62,372 nt of DNA from Toensbergia leucococca (lineage: Eukaryota). The position numbers and the translations under genes were made by a program. This document shows positions 1-12,936 of the stretch, piece by piece. Every line of letters starts with the position of its first letter. Within the stretch, counting starts at the first letter, position 1. A model generated the notes under the pieces. It did not search any database, was not told where the DNA came from, and saw nothing but the letters and a program-made list of their open reading frames with translations. Location: positions 62,001 through 124,372 of the forward strand of contig JALDZS010000061.1 of NCBI GenBank assembly GCA_022813965.1. Direction: 5' to 3'.

Positions 1-62
1 AATCATCAACTCTATCCACTCTGCCAAGATCCCCATCCGAAGGACAACCAAAAAAAACTCAC

Positions 63-399
63 TTCAACTGCTTCGAAAAATCCTCACTCGTATCATCATC
101 ATCCCAGCTCTCCTCCCAAAGATGCGTATTCCCTTCCGGTATCTCGGCATCTTCTTGCGCCCAGTCTAAAAGTCCCGGCAATCGTCAGCCTTTGGGCAAT
201 TTATTCGGTTGGGCGTCTGCGCATATATATGGAGGAGGAGGGGGAGAGGGTGGTTGGGAGGGAACTTGCCATCGATGGGAAAGTCTTCGAACTCGTCGTC
301 CTCTTCTAGGGCGGTGGGGGGTTTTTGCTGGTCTTGTGGGGCGGTGGTGGACGAGGGGGGGGTTGTTTTGGTGGTGGGGGGTTGGGGTGGTGCGGACAT
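63..399 (-). CDS. SEM1: 26S proteasome lid subunit Sem1/DSS1 (first two exons; gene continues past window start)
   Basis: Exon1 399-270 (..LEEDDEFEDFPID), GC-AG intron 269-166, exon2 165-63 (DWAQEDAEIPEGNTHLWEESWDDDDTSEDFSKQL), then a GTGAGT donor. Both acidic DSS1 motifs are present. Confidence 0.93.
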
Positions 400-1051
400 T
401 TTGGTGTTTGGTCGTTGTGATAGGGTCTTAGTTTGGGAATGCGCGAAGGGGGATGATGTGGGAGGAGTGGATTAGCAGATAATAAAGAGTAGAGTGGTGG
501 AGCTCTGGAATTCGCTGCAGATGCTGGAAGTGGTGCTTAGTCAAGTGTCATATCGAATCGGAGCAAAAAGCTTCATAAAGAAGCACCTTTCGTCGGCAAA
601 TTGGACCCCGGTCTCCCGCGCTTCAGATCAAGGAAGATTGATTTGAGAAATCTTCTTCTTTTTTTATTTATTTTTTGGGACTGAAATACTGAAAAAGGCA
701 TCAAGCCTTTTACTTCTGAGTGTTCAATTCTTCTTCATTTGTTTTCTTCAGATTCTCTATCATTATGCTAAAAGATTTATTCAACATATCAAATGAAATT
801 GTTATGTATTCTAAATAGATAGAGCGCTTGCTCAAATCAGTACGGCGGGCTGACTACAACATTACACCTCCATTGTCACCCCACGTGAGCTTCTATCGTC
901 CCTTCTTTCACCCATACACTCCTATGGAGCAGTGCCCCAAGGCTGTAGCTCATTATCAACGTTTTGCTTTACTCTGTTGGGCGGTTTTCTATGTCAAAGC
1001 ATCCCAGTAATCCTACCATCCGACGATTGACTAGGCAGCAAGAAAGCGACA

Positions 1052-3575
1052 ATGCTGCGAGGATGGCTCACACCGAAGAAGGCAGACTCCAATGCCTCAA
1101 CGCTGTCATTGAATGCCCTTGCAGAGCCCCAGAACTGTATAGTCTCAAACGCTTTCTCCTTTTAGAACGTGCTGACTTCACAACAGTGGAGGAATCCATG
1201 AGGGGTATGAGATCGCAAACCCTACGTCCTCAGCCCAGCACGGAATTAACTTGTAATGTTTCTTAGCGGCGACACATATCATGAATGATGATCTCGATTC
1301 TGCAGAAGCCGGATTGAGCAAAGGCAATTCCGCCTTCCACAAGGTATGCGCTTCTCTGTTTCTTTGCCCCGCTAAACCTATAGCTGATCCATTGGTAAAA
1401 GGGAACGTACGCTGATGGAGTCTATTTGGGTATCATATAGCTCGGGAAAGGTATGGTTGCATTCCTGAGAGCAGCACTGGGATTCGAGCCAGAAATAATA
1501 CGTGAAGGTTTGTGGAACCTCTCAATGAATTTTGGGCGAACCTAATGCAAACTGTCTTCTTAGCTTCAGAGCGGCTCGCAGATGCAGAAGCAACAGCCTC
1601 GAGTGACCAACGAAGAGCCCAGCGTGATCCAGATGCTTTCCGTTCGTCAATCTATCCTCTCGGATCGGAATTTGCCCTTTGTCATGCTGAATCGCAGCTG
1701 ATGAGTGCCGTCGTTGGTGTTCTCAACGAAAGCGTGACGGAGAGTCTAAAGGGTTTCTATAAACTGCGAAAGGCATTTATCACACTAGATGCAATACTTG
1801 AGGCAGAGAAGAAATACATACAGGGCGCATCTGGGGTAGGAATCAGCAAAAATAGGACATCGCTTGAGTCGTTGAGGTCGAATAGGGCCGCAAGATCGAT
1901 AAGGGACATTCCAGGGGACTTTGGCGACGAAGCAAAGAGCACATTGCAAAACCAAAAGCCATTACCTCGTGCAGTCAAAGACTTGAAAGGAAACGCGTTG
2001 AACGAACCGCAAGCCAAAACAGGCACTGAACTCGGTAGTGAGGCAGACGACGAGGACGAAGAATTTTATGATGTCGACGAAATTCAGGACGAGGCCCGAA
2101 AAACGGAGACGTACACTGGTCACATTAGTCTTGACCGCAGCACCAAGAGTCTAGAAGACCTGTCAATAGCTAGCCCCAACACCTCAAAACCAAAAGCTTC
2201 ATCACCTTTACAAGACTCAGAAAATACGCTCGACGAAGACCCCGACTCTGACCTCTTCACGAACCCAATCGACGTCTTCATCCACTCCGGCTCAAACCTC
2301 TGCTTCGGTCTCCTCAACCTCCTAATCTCTATGATTCCCCCAGCATTCAATCGCCTCCTCTTTATCATCGGCTTCCACGGCGACCGCGACCGCGGCATCC
2401 GTATGCTCTGGCAAGCCAGCAAATTCCACAATATTAACGGCGCCATGGCGGGCCTCATTCTTTTAGGCTATTACAACACTCTCATCAGCCTCTGCGATAT
2501 CTTGCCAGACCCGCCGGCGGATCCCTCTGCCCCGGAAGCCCTCTCCGGCCACCCTAAAGAACGCTGCGAAGCCCTCCTTGCCAGCATGCGCACACGCTAC
2601 CCTTCCTCCAAGCTTTGGCTCCTGGAACAAGCCCGAATGGAAGCCTCTAAAAAGCGCCTCAAGCAAGCTATCGCCCTCCTAGAAACCTCCTCGCGCTCTC
2701 CCCTAAAACAAGTCAACGCCCTCGCCACCTTCGAAACCTCCCTAAACGCAATGTACACGCACGACTACAGCCTATGCAGCTCTTCCTTCCAAACCTGCGT
2801 AACTCTAAACAACTGGTCGCACGCCCTCTACTACTACATAGCCGGAACCTGCCACGTAGAACTCTACCGCCATCACCTTCCCACCAATCCAACCCTCGCA
2901 GCTACCCACGCCGCAAAAGCCACTGCCCTCCTCCAAAAAGTGCCCGAGCACGTCGGCAAAAAGAAATTTATGTCCCGCCAACTCCCCTTCGACGCCTTCG
3001 TCTCGCGTAAGCTCCTTAAATGGACCGCCCGCGCTAAAGAAAACAGCATCCCCCTCATCGACGCCGTCGGCGTCTCCCCCGTTGAGGAAATGATCTTCTT
3101 CTGGAACGGCTACAAGCGTATGAGCCCGCCCGACCTCGAACACAGCCTCCGCGCCCTCGCCTGGAGCGAGGCCCACCCAACCTGGGCCAGCGCGGAAGCC
3201 GACGAACGCGCCATCCTCGCCGTTTTACGTGCGGCGGTTCTACGCAATTTGGGACGAGAGGGTGAAGCGGTGGGGGAGTTGGAGGGGGTGCTGGGGGTTG
3301 AGAAGGGGTTGTTGAAGGGGGGCTTGAGGGATGATTGGATGGCCCCTGTGGCGCATTATGAGATGGGGGTTATTTTTTGGGGGAGGAGGGGACGGGGCGG
3401 AAGGGAAGGGGTGGAGAGTGTGAGGATTTGTGGGGAGTGGGTTGGGAAGGCGGCTGGGTGGGAGGGATATGTGCTTGATGCAAGGATTGGGTTGAAGGTG
3501 AGGATGGCGACGGAGACGTTGAAGAAATGGGATGAGGGGAGGGGAAAGGGGAAAGGGGAGGTGGGAGAGGGGTGA
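1052..3575 (+). CDS. IML2: Iml2/TTC39-family TPR protein
   Basis: Spliced N-terminus MLRGWLTPKK..QNLEESMRAATHIMNDDLDSAEAGLSKGNSAFHKLGKG..GFEPE (exons ~1052-1136, 1187-1204, 1267-1343, 1441-1507) joins the long ORF 1564-3575 with family motifs (GFHGDRDRGIRMLW, LNNWSHALYYY, RQLPFD, HYEMGVIFW). Confidence 0.88.
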
Positions 3576-3750
3576 GTGAGTGAGTGTGTGGGAAGCGTGG
3601 TGGAATGAAGAGGAGGATTGATCGATTACTTGATTGTTTGATTTGAGTGAAGGGATTATCCAAGTCCGTGGAGAAAGAATTGAAACGATCAGACCTAACC
3701 AATACTACTTTTAAAGGAAAGGGGGTATCGCATCCAAAAAGAAAAAAAAG

Positions 3751-6700
3751 TCACAAAATATCCATCTCCTCCCCTCCACCGCCCCCCAGAATCCCAAACC
3801 TACCCCCCTCAATCACCGCCCTCCGATCCAACTCCTCCTGATACCCCCTCCTCACATCCCCAATCGTGACGACTTTCCTCCGCTTCCCGCCCTCTTCCTC
3901 CTCGCCTCCACTCAGCACCCACGCCTCCCCCTCCCCAACACATGCCATCAAATTCACCACGCCCAACCACTCCCCCAACACCTCCTCCCCTTCCTCCCCA
4001 CCACCACCACCCCACCCGACAGCCCTCATCCGCTCCAATCGCTCTAACAGTACAGCCGCCGCGCCCCGGAAATCATGATGTCGGATGCGCCACGCGGCGA
4101 GGATCCTATGGTATTGCGGCCCCTGGTGCAAATCCCAGCACTCGCGGGCTTTTTGAGCGAGGATGTCGTCGATGAGGGGGTGCAGGGCTGGGAAGGGGAG
4201 TGCGAGGAGCAAAGGCGCTGCGTTTTGGGCAAGCATTTTCTGGAGGAGGGTGGAGAGGTGGGTGGGGTTTGGGGGAAGGCGAGTCAAGGCGCTATAGGCT
4301 TGGGGGAAGGAGGAGGTGGCTAGGGAGGAGTGGAAGAGGGTTTCGAGGAGAGGGGTTGGGTTGGCGGTTGGGTGGGAGAGGGCCAGGGAGGCGAAGTGGG
4401 AGGTTTGGGTTTGGGAGTGCGGGGTAAAGAGTTGTATGATGTGGGTGTAGTAGGCTGAGAGGCCGGAGGAGAGGTGGGTGGCTTCGTTTGAGGTGAGGAG
4501 GTGGGAGGAGGCGGTTTGGTAGTTTAGAGAGGGGGATGGTCGGGCTGGGTGGGTGGAAGATTAGTTTTCAATTGAAAGGGAGCGTGGTAGTTTGGGGGGT
4601 GAGACACGTACATAGGTTAAAGGCGGCTTTTTTGAAATAAATGGCTGCGGTGGTGTATTCGGCGCGGGCAAGATAGAGGCGGCCTTTGACATAGGTGGAC
4701 CATGCTGTAGAGGGTTGATAGCGCAGAAAGTCGGAGGCGAGACCAAGGTTGCTGTTTGCGAGTAGATTGCATTGAATGTGCACGAGAACGCGGTCAAGGG
4801 TTATGGAGACGTCGTTGCCGCCGACGACCCATTTCAGGATGTCCTGGATGCTGTGGGTTAGGGCGGCAGTTTGGGGCTGGGTGCTGTAAGATTGGGGTTT
4901 GGGGTCTGCGGCGAAGAGGTTTTCGAGGATGGTTGAGCTTCTGGATAGTGAGGAAGAATCGGAGATGATCGATTTATGGTTGGTTGCTGAGGATTGAGTA
5001 TCATGGGTTTGCTCTGGTCTGATGTTTGTTGCTAGCCATTGCATCAACTGGTACTGCTTCAACAGGTTCAAGAGCTCGATATATATTCGGCCGGCATGAA
5101 AGTTTTCCATATGGAAGTCATCTCGATCAACCTCCATGTCGACGAAAACGACCAATGCGAGTAGATCGAGAAGGATGCGTTCATGAAGATATATCATCTC
5201 CTGGGCACCTTTTACAAGTACCTTCAAACCGAATCTGGTAGAAAGTAGGCCGGATGCTTCTATTGACATTACGCTTGACAAAGTCTCGAAGATGGCAATG
5301 AACGAGTTGGTATCTAGCCCGTCGAAACCCCCTATCGGCTCCAACGCAGCCTGCAGGTCATTGAATTGCTTGTCTCCTATATGGGAGGCGAAGTCACAGC
5401 TGTCATAGAGAGTTTGAATACGGATTGGGACGGAATGTGAAGGGTCATGCCAAAGTTCAGGGACCAACGTGTCATGATACCCCTGTTGAAGACGGTGGCC
5501 GAAGCTTTGTCGAAAATCTGCAGCTGCTTCGATGAGTATCGCTAGTTCATCAGGCAACTGACGCTCGTTTCCCTCGGCATCCATCTCTACTGAAGGGGCT
5601 TCCAGTAGGTTTAAGGATCTGACCAGGTCTTTCGGTGTGTTCTGGGCAATGATCTCAAGTCTACTGCACTCACGCGTGGCCGAGCATCCATCAGCAAAAA
5701 TGACCCACGGCATAGCCATATGGTCATCGTACGCGAGAGACACGACTCCCCATCTTGAACGATTAAGATCACAAACATCTTGCCAAAAAGTAAGCCATTC
5801 CTGACTCTCAGCAACGCGAAGCTTTTCAAAATCCACGTCCGCGCTAGCAGGAAAATGCAGTTGCACTCGCGCTGATACCGCCGAGCAAACGCGTTCTTGC
5901 AATGATGCTTTGGGATTCGAGGGAACCTCTACAGCGCGACCCAGGCAATACACCGATAGGGCAGTCTCTAAAACTGTTACTGGATATTTGCTTGGTTGAA
6001 AGATGAATTTTAACCAGACCTCAGTTGCGTCCTCGGGCTCAAGGTGAGATGTCTGCGGATATGACTGCTGGTCTAGAGTCTCCATGGCCGTAGTAGACCA
6101 ATCATGCTGCCATATCTCTGATAAATCCTCCAAATTGAACTTGAGATTGTATAATTTGTAAAGCCTATTGGACCTCATGAGAACCCACATTTCAGTTTCT
6201 CTTCCCTTTTGGTTACTCTGAATGCTGAAGTCGGCCACGGTCCAAATTGCTTTGCTCTCTGGACTTGGATCTGGATCTGGTGGCCGGAATGTTGCTTCTG
6301 GGAAGAGATCACGAATGCCTCGAGCACCATGGTCCGCATCACGCACAGCCCAAAACTTGAAAACACCCGAGTTATGAGGAGAAAAGGTGAGAAAATAATA
6401 CTCATCCCCATCCATGATTCTTTCCGCCTGAAATATTTGCAGTACACGGGAAACGCTGGGGTTCAGCATGAGCTTTGGTAGCTCCTGCGGTTCGCGATGC
6501 TTATTAAGGAGGTCCCTAGTAAATCCAACTTTTCCGGTCTTCAAATTCCACACCTTTATCGAGTGGTTCAGGCACACAGTGTAAAGATGATTGCCATCGG
6601 GTGAAGGCGCTATGGCAATGGCAGTAGTTTGATCCAGCGCATTGCCATCGTAGCGTACAGTATTGCTTCCCTGCCAACGAACGAGACCTCGCAAAGATGA

Positions 6701-7402
6701 GCCCCACTGTCCGTCATTGTATGTTGATTCGTGCCAGAACGATCCATCATCTTGACCTTTTCTTGTTAGACGCATCAATCTTCCATCGCCAAGTGCTACC
6801 ACCAGCTCCAGCGAGCTACATGCGACTAAACGGTGTGGCGTGCTAATAGTGAAAGACGCGGGTTTGAAGAGCTTGCACCATTTCCCAGTATCCTCGTCCA
6901 AAGCAGCTGCATGATAGAAAGAGTCTGGCCGTAGGGTGATCGTATACAGCTCATTTCCCTTGGTTAAGACAAACACACTGAGTATGTCCTGATCTTGTAG
7001 GTCCGCCAGGGCCACGCCGCCATGTCGTATTCCATTGAGAAAGCTGAATTGCAATATGATAGAGGCATCTTGGGGCTCGCGCTCATTCTTGCTCAAGTCA
7101 ACTGAACGGACCTCCAGCACCTGACTGTCTTCTAGTGTACGCCACAAAAAGGTCCGTGGATATCTTTTAGATTTACGAAGGTAGATAGAGCCCGAGCTCG
7201 CGAGACAGTGTTTGCCGAATGTTTGCTCGTCCTTGAACCTAGGTAGGTTGGTAAGACTGGGGCGTTGTGAGGGTGATTTGCGACTGAATGTTGCGGTTGA
7301 TGGAATGCAAATGCGGACTTTTGAGCCCGAAATGTGAGGATCTAGATCAAGGCGTGTTTCCTTGTAAAGGCAAAGTGTTGATATGGGTACATTTTTCTCC
7401 AT
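3751..7402 (-). CDS. NUP120: Nucleoporin Nup120/Nup160
   Basis: 944-aa ORF (LYKETR, PRTFLWR, WGSSLRGLVRWQG beta-propeller region) spliced via a GTACGT..CAG intron (~4610-4545) into a frame continuous with ORF 3751-4287 (YHRILAAWRIRHHDFRGAA..RRGYQEELDR). Confidence 0.88.
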
Positions 7403-7806
7403 CGAAGCTCACAGCCAGCAGCTTGTATTATCATCCTCTGTCATGTTCGTGGAGAATTGAAGAACGCGTCCTGTAAATAACCGTAAAGACTATGGTATTT
7501 TATCTGATTGGCGTTCAGATTGAAACCTCGAAAGAGACAACCTTGAGGTCGGTAGGATTGAGAATTTTGATCTAAGCACTCGTTCACCTTTCTTTATATC
7601 GAGGATTGAGCTCTGATAGTTTTGGCCATGCAGCTTTATGTCTGGTAATCAAAATACAATCAAACATGCTATGTAATCATGACCAGGCCGCTAGTACCTA
7701 TGTAACGCCAGTCAGTGCTCCTTTAATGCAATGACAGTTCCTATATCATTCCTCATCAGGTCCACCCACTCGTAGAAACCACTGCCTCAGCTATATCAAT
7801 GCTCAA

Positions 7807-9030
7807 TCAATCCTTCTCCAAATCCTTCGGGCTCGGGTCCCCTATTCCATCTTCATTGATTGCAAACAAGCAGTCACTCTCTGGTAAACACGGGCTGTCA
7901 TAGATCTTACATATCCTCGTCTCCCCCCTTCCCTTCTTCAAACTCAACCGCGTTGTACTAGCATGAGCAATAATGTTGCCACCGATGGGTTTTTTCGGAT
8001 CTGGATTAAACATGGCGCTCGGCCCACCGTCCACCTGTGCCACTACCTGGTTCGTGATGACCACAGCTATGCCAAATTCATCCGCTAACCGCTGCAAAGT
8101 TCGCATGAACTTCGCTAGATGCATCTGCCGTGACGATAGCTCGCCTCGACCAGCAAAATCCGTACGGTATAGAGAAGTAGCCGAGTCTACAATGAGGAGA
8201 GAAAATCGCGTCTCGCACATCATCTGCGACGCCTGATTGAGTAATTGGAGCTGATGATCCGAATTGTACGCTCGAGCGTAGGCGACATTATCGAGCACTT
8301 CTTCGCCATTCAAGCCGTACCGGTTTGCAACTGCTAGTAGGCGGACGGGACGAAAGGTACCTTCGGTGTCGATGTACAGACACTTGCCTTCTCCTCCGCC
8401 CATATCGAATGGTAGCTGGCAAGTCACTGCCAGCGTGTGACAGATTTGACTTTTTCCAGTCCGAAATTCTCCAAATATCTCCGTGATTGAGCCTGTTTCG
8501 ATTCCTCCGGCCAACAAGGTATCCAGTTGCTTCGAACCAGTAGTAATTGAGATGAGTTCGCTTCTCCGCTGATGCATATCCGTAGCTGTAGTAAAGCCCA
8601 TTGGTACCAACTTCGTTGCTGTCCAAACGTTATTCACCTTCGCCAGCGGTAGAGTAAAATATAGTAACGAGCTTACCCTCCGCTAAGATTTTCGTGGCCT
8701 TTTGCTCTGATATACCCTTGATTTGCTCCAGGACTCGTCTCGGTCTTTTGAATGTATCAGCCATAAGTATCAGTCATGGCGAGTTTCTACTCACGTATAT
8801 GCTACCGACTCGACCGTGTTGAAGCCTCCATCCACAATGAGCTTAATGTCACGAGCTGACAAGCCTGCCACTCCCTAGAACAGAGCACATAAATCAGTAG
8901 TCGCTCAAGTCTCACAAGACGAGGACAAAATGTTTACTTCAAGCACAGAAAGTGGGGTAGGCGCGCCGGGTCCTGTTTGCCCGCCATCTCCGTAGGCTGA
9001 CTGAGTCTCCTCAGCCTCACCTGCACTCAT
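7807..9030 (-). CDS. RAD51: DNA recombinase Rad51
   Basis: Walker [16 protein letters not shown] and [14 protein letters not shown]-terminal exons (9030-8938, 8874-8795, ~8744-8677) give [43 protein letters not shown]. Confidence 0.98.
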
Positions 9031-9142
9031 CCCAGTCACAATACAACTTGTAGAGTTGTTTAAAAAAAGTCCAAGTATGGCTTGTTTTAAAGTGGTGTAT
9101 TTGAGATCAATGTTTCGTACTAGGTAAATCTTTCTGACATTG

Positions 9143-9166
9143 ACGCGATTCATGGAATTAACGCGA
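9143..9166. promoter_or_regulatory. Two MCB/SCB-like ACGCGA elements upstream of RAD51
   Basis: ACGCGA at 9143 and 9161, 110-135 bp upstream of the ATG. Fungal RAD51 promoters are typically MBF targets (established knowledge); function here is inferred. Confidence 0.45.
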
Positions 9167-9934
9167 GGTGATGACATCACTCCGCCTACTCTACCTAATC
9201 ACTAAATCAGATAATCTAAGATATGATAAGGCTGACCAGTGATTTTGAGGTTTACCATGAAGAGTATCAATCAATGTGATAGAACACTATTTGATGATGT
9301 CGATTCTGTAACGAAGAGAAGAACTACTACCTACGAGCACTCACCAAGCATATACTACGAACTGCCATGGGATGAAGAGGCTGCCTCACAGGAGACCCTG
9401 CTAGCCCTTTCAATTAGGTAGGTACAGAGTCGTGGAGTAGCACAGAACACATGATGAACAATACCCTGCAAGTAAGACTCTACCCACCATTCATCCAGTG
9501 TTCCTTTCAAAAATGAACAAAAGATAAGCATATGATCCCCAGGCGCATAGCTAATTCAGCAAATTTGCCGCTTTTTTTCTTCCGCCAAATCCCTATCTAC
9601 AGAGACACACATTACACAGTTGCCATGCAATCCACAACCTGATTAAAAAGCCACACATGCTCTACCCCAACGACAGCGAAGTGGTAGTCTGAAGCCAATG
9701 AACATCGGATCATACGCTTCCGTTCTGGCAAGCAATAGAGAAAATCAAGACACCTCAGCCTGCTTTTATGCTGCACCAATCAGTGCTCTTTAAACGCCTA
9801 GGGGTTCGATGCTTCCGTACGCCGTGCAATGAGTGCTGGTTCCATGAACTCCTTCCGTGTAAGACTCCATCTTACTGAGAACACGCCTCGATCCATTCAA
9901 GGACCTGTCTCCCTCTTAGGTATACGTAGCTGAC

Positions 9935-11581
9935 CTACACGTTTTCGCTAAACTCTGAAACTTTTCCCTTGGTGGACTCGCGTCTTTTCTTTTGCAACCT
10001 TTTCCCCTGTCGCTTCTGCTCTGTCTCCAAACTCTGCCTCAAATCTGCCGAATCATTGCTCTGGCGAGACTTCTCCAGCGTTCCAGGTCGGAGGATCTCA
10101 AATCCTGAGTTGACCTTCCGGATGACCTGTGCCCGTTGCGACTGCCTGTTGGAATCAGTCATTTGTAATGGCTGCACGTCCCCAATTCTTTCGACCTCCT
10201 CGGAACTATCTATCGACGAAATCGATTCGTCGGGTACGTTTACGGTATTCGCAGCTATGAAAGCCTCGAATGATGGAGCTTCGTTGATTATGTCATGAAC
10301 AGGAGTAAGGAGGGGCGTTGTGAAGGGATTATCAGCTTCATCTGGAAGCGGTGGATCGCGGTCTGCAAATCCGTCACTGCGAAGACCTGGTTGCTGGCTA
10401 AGTAATGCCGTAGACGGTGTCCAGTCACCGCTTGCTGTACTAATGCGACCACGAGGTTGAAGCTGGCCAATCTCAGCAGCATGGGACCGCCGATGACTTG
10501 CAAGAGAGTTTAGATCTCCCTTATGGTCTTCGGTAAACGGTCGCGCATCGACCGTGCTAAGATAGGTAGCGCCCAGAGGTACAGCCGAGGAATGTCTAAC
10601 CTGCTCAGATCTCTTGGGAACGTAGTGGCCTTGGCTGCTTCTTGATTGTATTGATGATTGGGAGATCGCTTCGCTATTGTTTACTTGCTCAAATCTTACT
10701 GTAAGTACTGTTAGCTTTATATCATTGTAAATGGTCTGATCTTTTTAAGCTTTGACATGCAAGGAGGAGAGCATCATTTTACCTTCTGGACTCTTTATGG
10801 ACGCTTTTGTAGCTAATTCACGGCCCTCGAGTGCAGCCAAAGTGGCGGAATTCCGGAACATGTAAGGATTACTGGGTGTGAGGTGTGAGGAGCCACGAGG
10901 ATTGGGTGTTTGCCGACCCTGAGGCGCGGTATTCGATCCTGCTGAGCTTCTCCAATCGTAAACGCTCTCTACAGATCCAGCATACTCGGAGTGTTGACTT
11001 GGATCTCTAAAAGACGGGCTGAACCTGCTGGAGCTAGCTCCAGGGTATCCGTGTGCTGGCTGAGGAATTTCCAATTGAGGGATGCTCGAAGTGGAAGGTA
11101 GTCCATGTACCGAATGAACCGTTGTAGACGCACATGGTTCGAATTCGACAGAGGACGGTGGACTTCCGGTCACGCTGATAACAGGTGTGTTGGATTTCGA
11201 TATCCAAACGCCATCCACCTCGATTCCGCTTTCGATGGCTCGGATGCCAAACGGGACATCCTGGCCTTTGCGTCGCTTGACGCTTGCGACGCGCTTGATT
11301 TCTTGGGTTTGCTCTCTCTTGGATGCAGCGACGGCGATGTATTTGCGTAGCCTCCAATGATTGTATACAAGTTTCACACAACCAAGACCCATTACAGCAA
11401 CCTAGCCATATCAGCCAACTGATCTCTACTGATATTCAAGCTGGGAAAAAGTACAATAGCACAACCTAGGACCTGTGAACATGCAGGTCAGCGCCTTTGT
11501 TTCTTCAGTGGTGCATTAGATAGTACGTACAAAGCACATTTTCTCCCATAGCGCCCACGAATTCCAGAATTCAGTCGGCAT
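9935..11581 (-). CDS. Conserved hypothetical single-pass membrane protein with Ser-rich tail
   Basis: Short spliced exons MPTEFWNSWALWEKMCF / VLGCAI / ..MGLGCVKLVYNHW, motif DVPFGIRAIESGIEVDGVWIS, C-terminal QVIRKVNSGFEILRPGT. Internal exon boundaries are approximate. Confidence 0.7.
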
Positions 11582-12936
11582 TTTGTATGATTATCTACTC
11601 TTCAAGTATCTTGAGCGAAAGAATCAAAGGTCAGAGACAGATTCAGACAGGGTTTTGAGGCGACAAGAATTACCTGAGATGATGAATTAGGCAGTTTTAA
11701 AAAACGAAGGTGCTGGAAAAGTGAAGTGAGTCTGAAGTAGTCCGGGGTGCTGGTTAATATTTTCCCATTACCACATCGGAAGAGCGTGCATAAAGGTGCA
11801 GCGAGGGCCCTCCTGTTCCTGGTCGATATCGACCCCAAGATTGGAGATCCTGGACCTTGTTGCTGATCAATCTAAGGCACGTAATGTGTGCGTTTGCATG
11901 AGGTGGGAGATTCAAAATGTAAGAAAAGTGGAGGGTACTAGGTAGTTTGATTGGTTGATGAAGAATTAAGGAGGGTGAAGCGTTCATTCAATGACACTTG
12001 AGCCATGGATAAATGAAAAGAATGAATGCTTAGACTAGGCGCAGTGACATAGGTAGCGACATAGGACCTGATCTTGATGTGCCTTAGGCGTGCATGTCTG
12101 CTCCCGACCAAATGTACCTGCAGCTTTCCGACAGGCCTCATGGCTAAATGTAGAAATGAAAGCAAGGAGCTGCAAGACTTCCCCGCGCCTCTACAGAATC
12201 CATGCATGAGAGATCTAGAATACGACGATACTTCGCTGATGTGTTACACGCCCCGTTCCCGCACCAATGTGCTTCCATTGCCATACTCCCCCCACCATGT
12301 GACGTGCCATGTTTCCAAGGACTACTTCCTCATTCGTGTTCGTGTGGTGCGTGGTATGCCTGCATTGCTGGTAGCCCTATTGTGCCTCCCAAGTCTGCAT
12401 GCCGGAAGGCGGAGATCTCGCATCACGCAGGACAAGACGTGATGGTGTCGCCAACCGCGTTGAGACACGAGGCAAGGGAATAATTGGATCCTCACATTGG
12501 GCGTGCTCTTTCGAACACGTTGGCGCTAGTACCACTTCTAGTTCCTATTCTGCCGCACCAGAGACTTTGGTCGCCGTGTCCACTTTGTCTATTGTACTTC
12601 TATGGATTTACAGCTGATACTTCACTCCAATCTCGGGTAATGCCCAGACTTTGTCCGTCACAGGTACCCTGACCTCAACCACCAGGTGCAATTCCCAATC
12701 AGGAAGCCTCTTTGACACTTTGCGCAAGTCATTTTCATTCGCACTGTGGATCCACTTTTTTCCATAGTTTACTAGAAAAAATAGGAGGAGATTTTGGCTC
12801 CGGGTAAAAGTGATTTCAGACGCTCCTCGGCTCCTTTCTTGCCTATTTTATCCAAGCCCAATGTGGGGAAAGAAATCAAGACACAGCCGGGACACCTAGT
12901 AGCCGGCCTCAGGTCACCCGAGGGATCTTTGCGTGC

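Noticed and set aside
590..600. PACE/Rpn4-like GTCGGCAAA upstream of SEM1
   Set aside because: Imperfect short match that could occur by chance.
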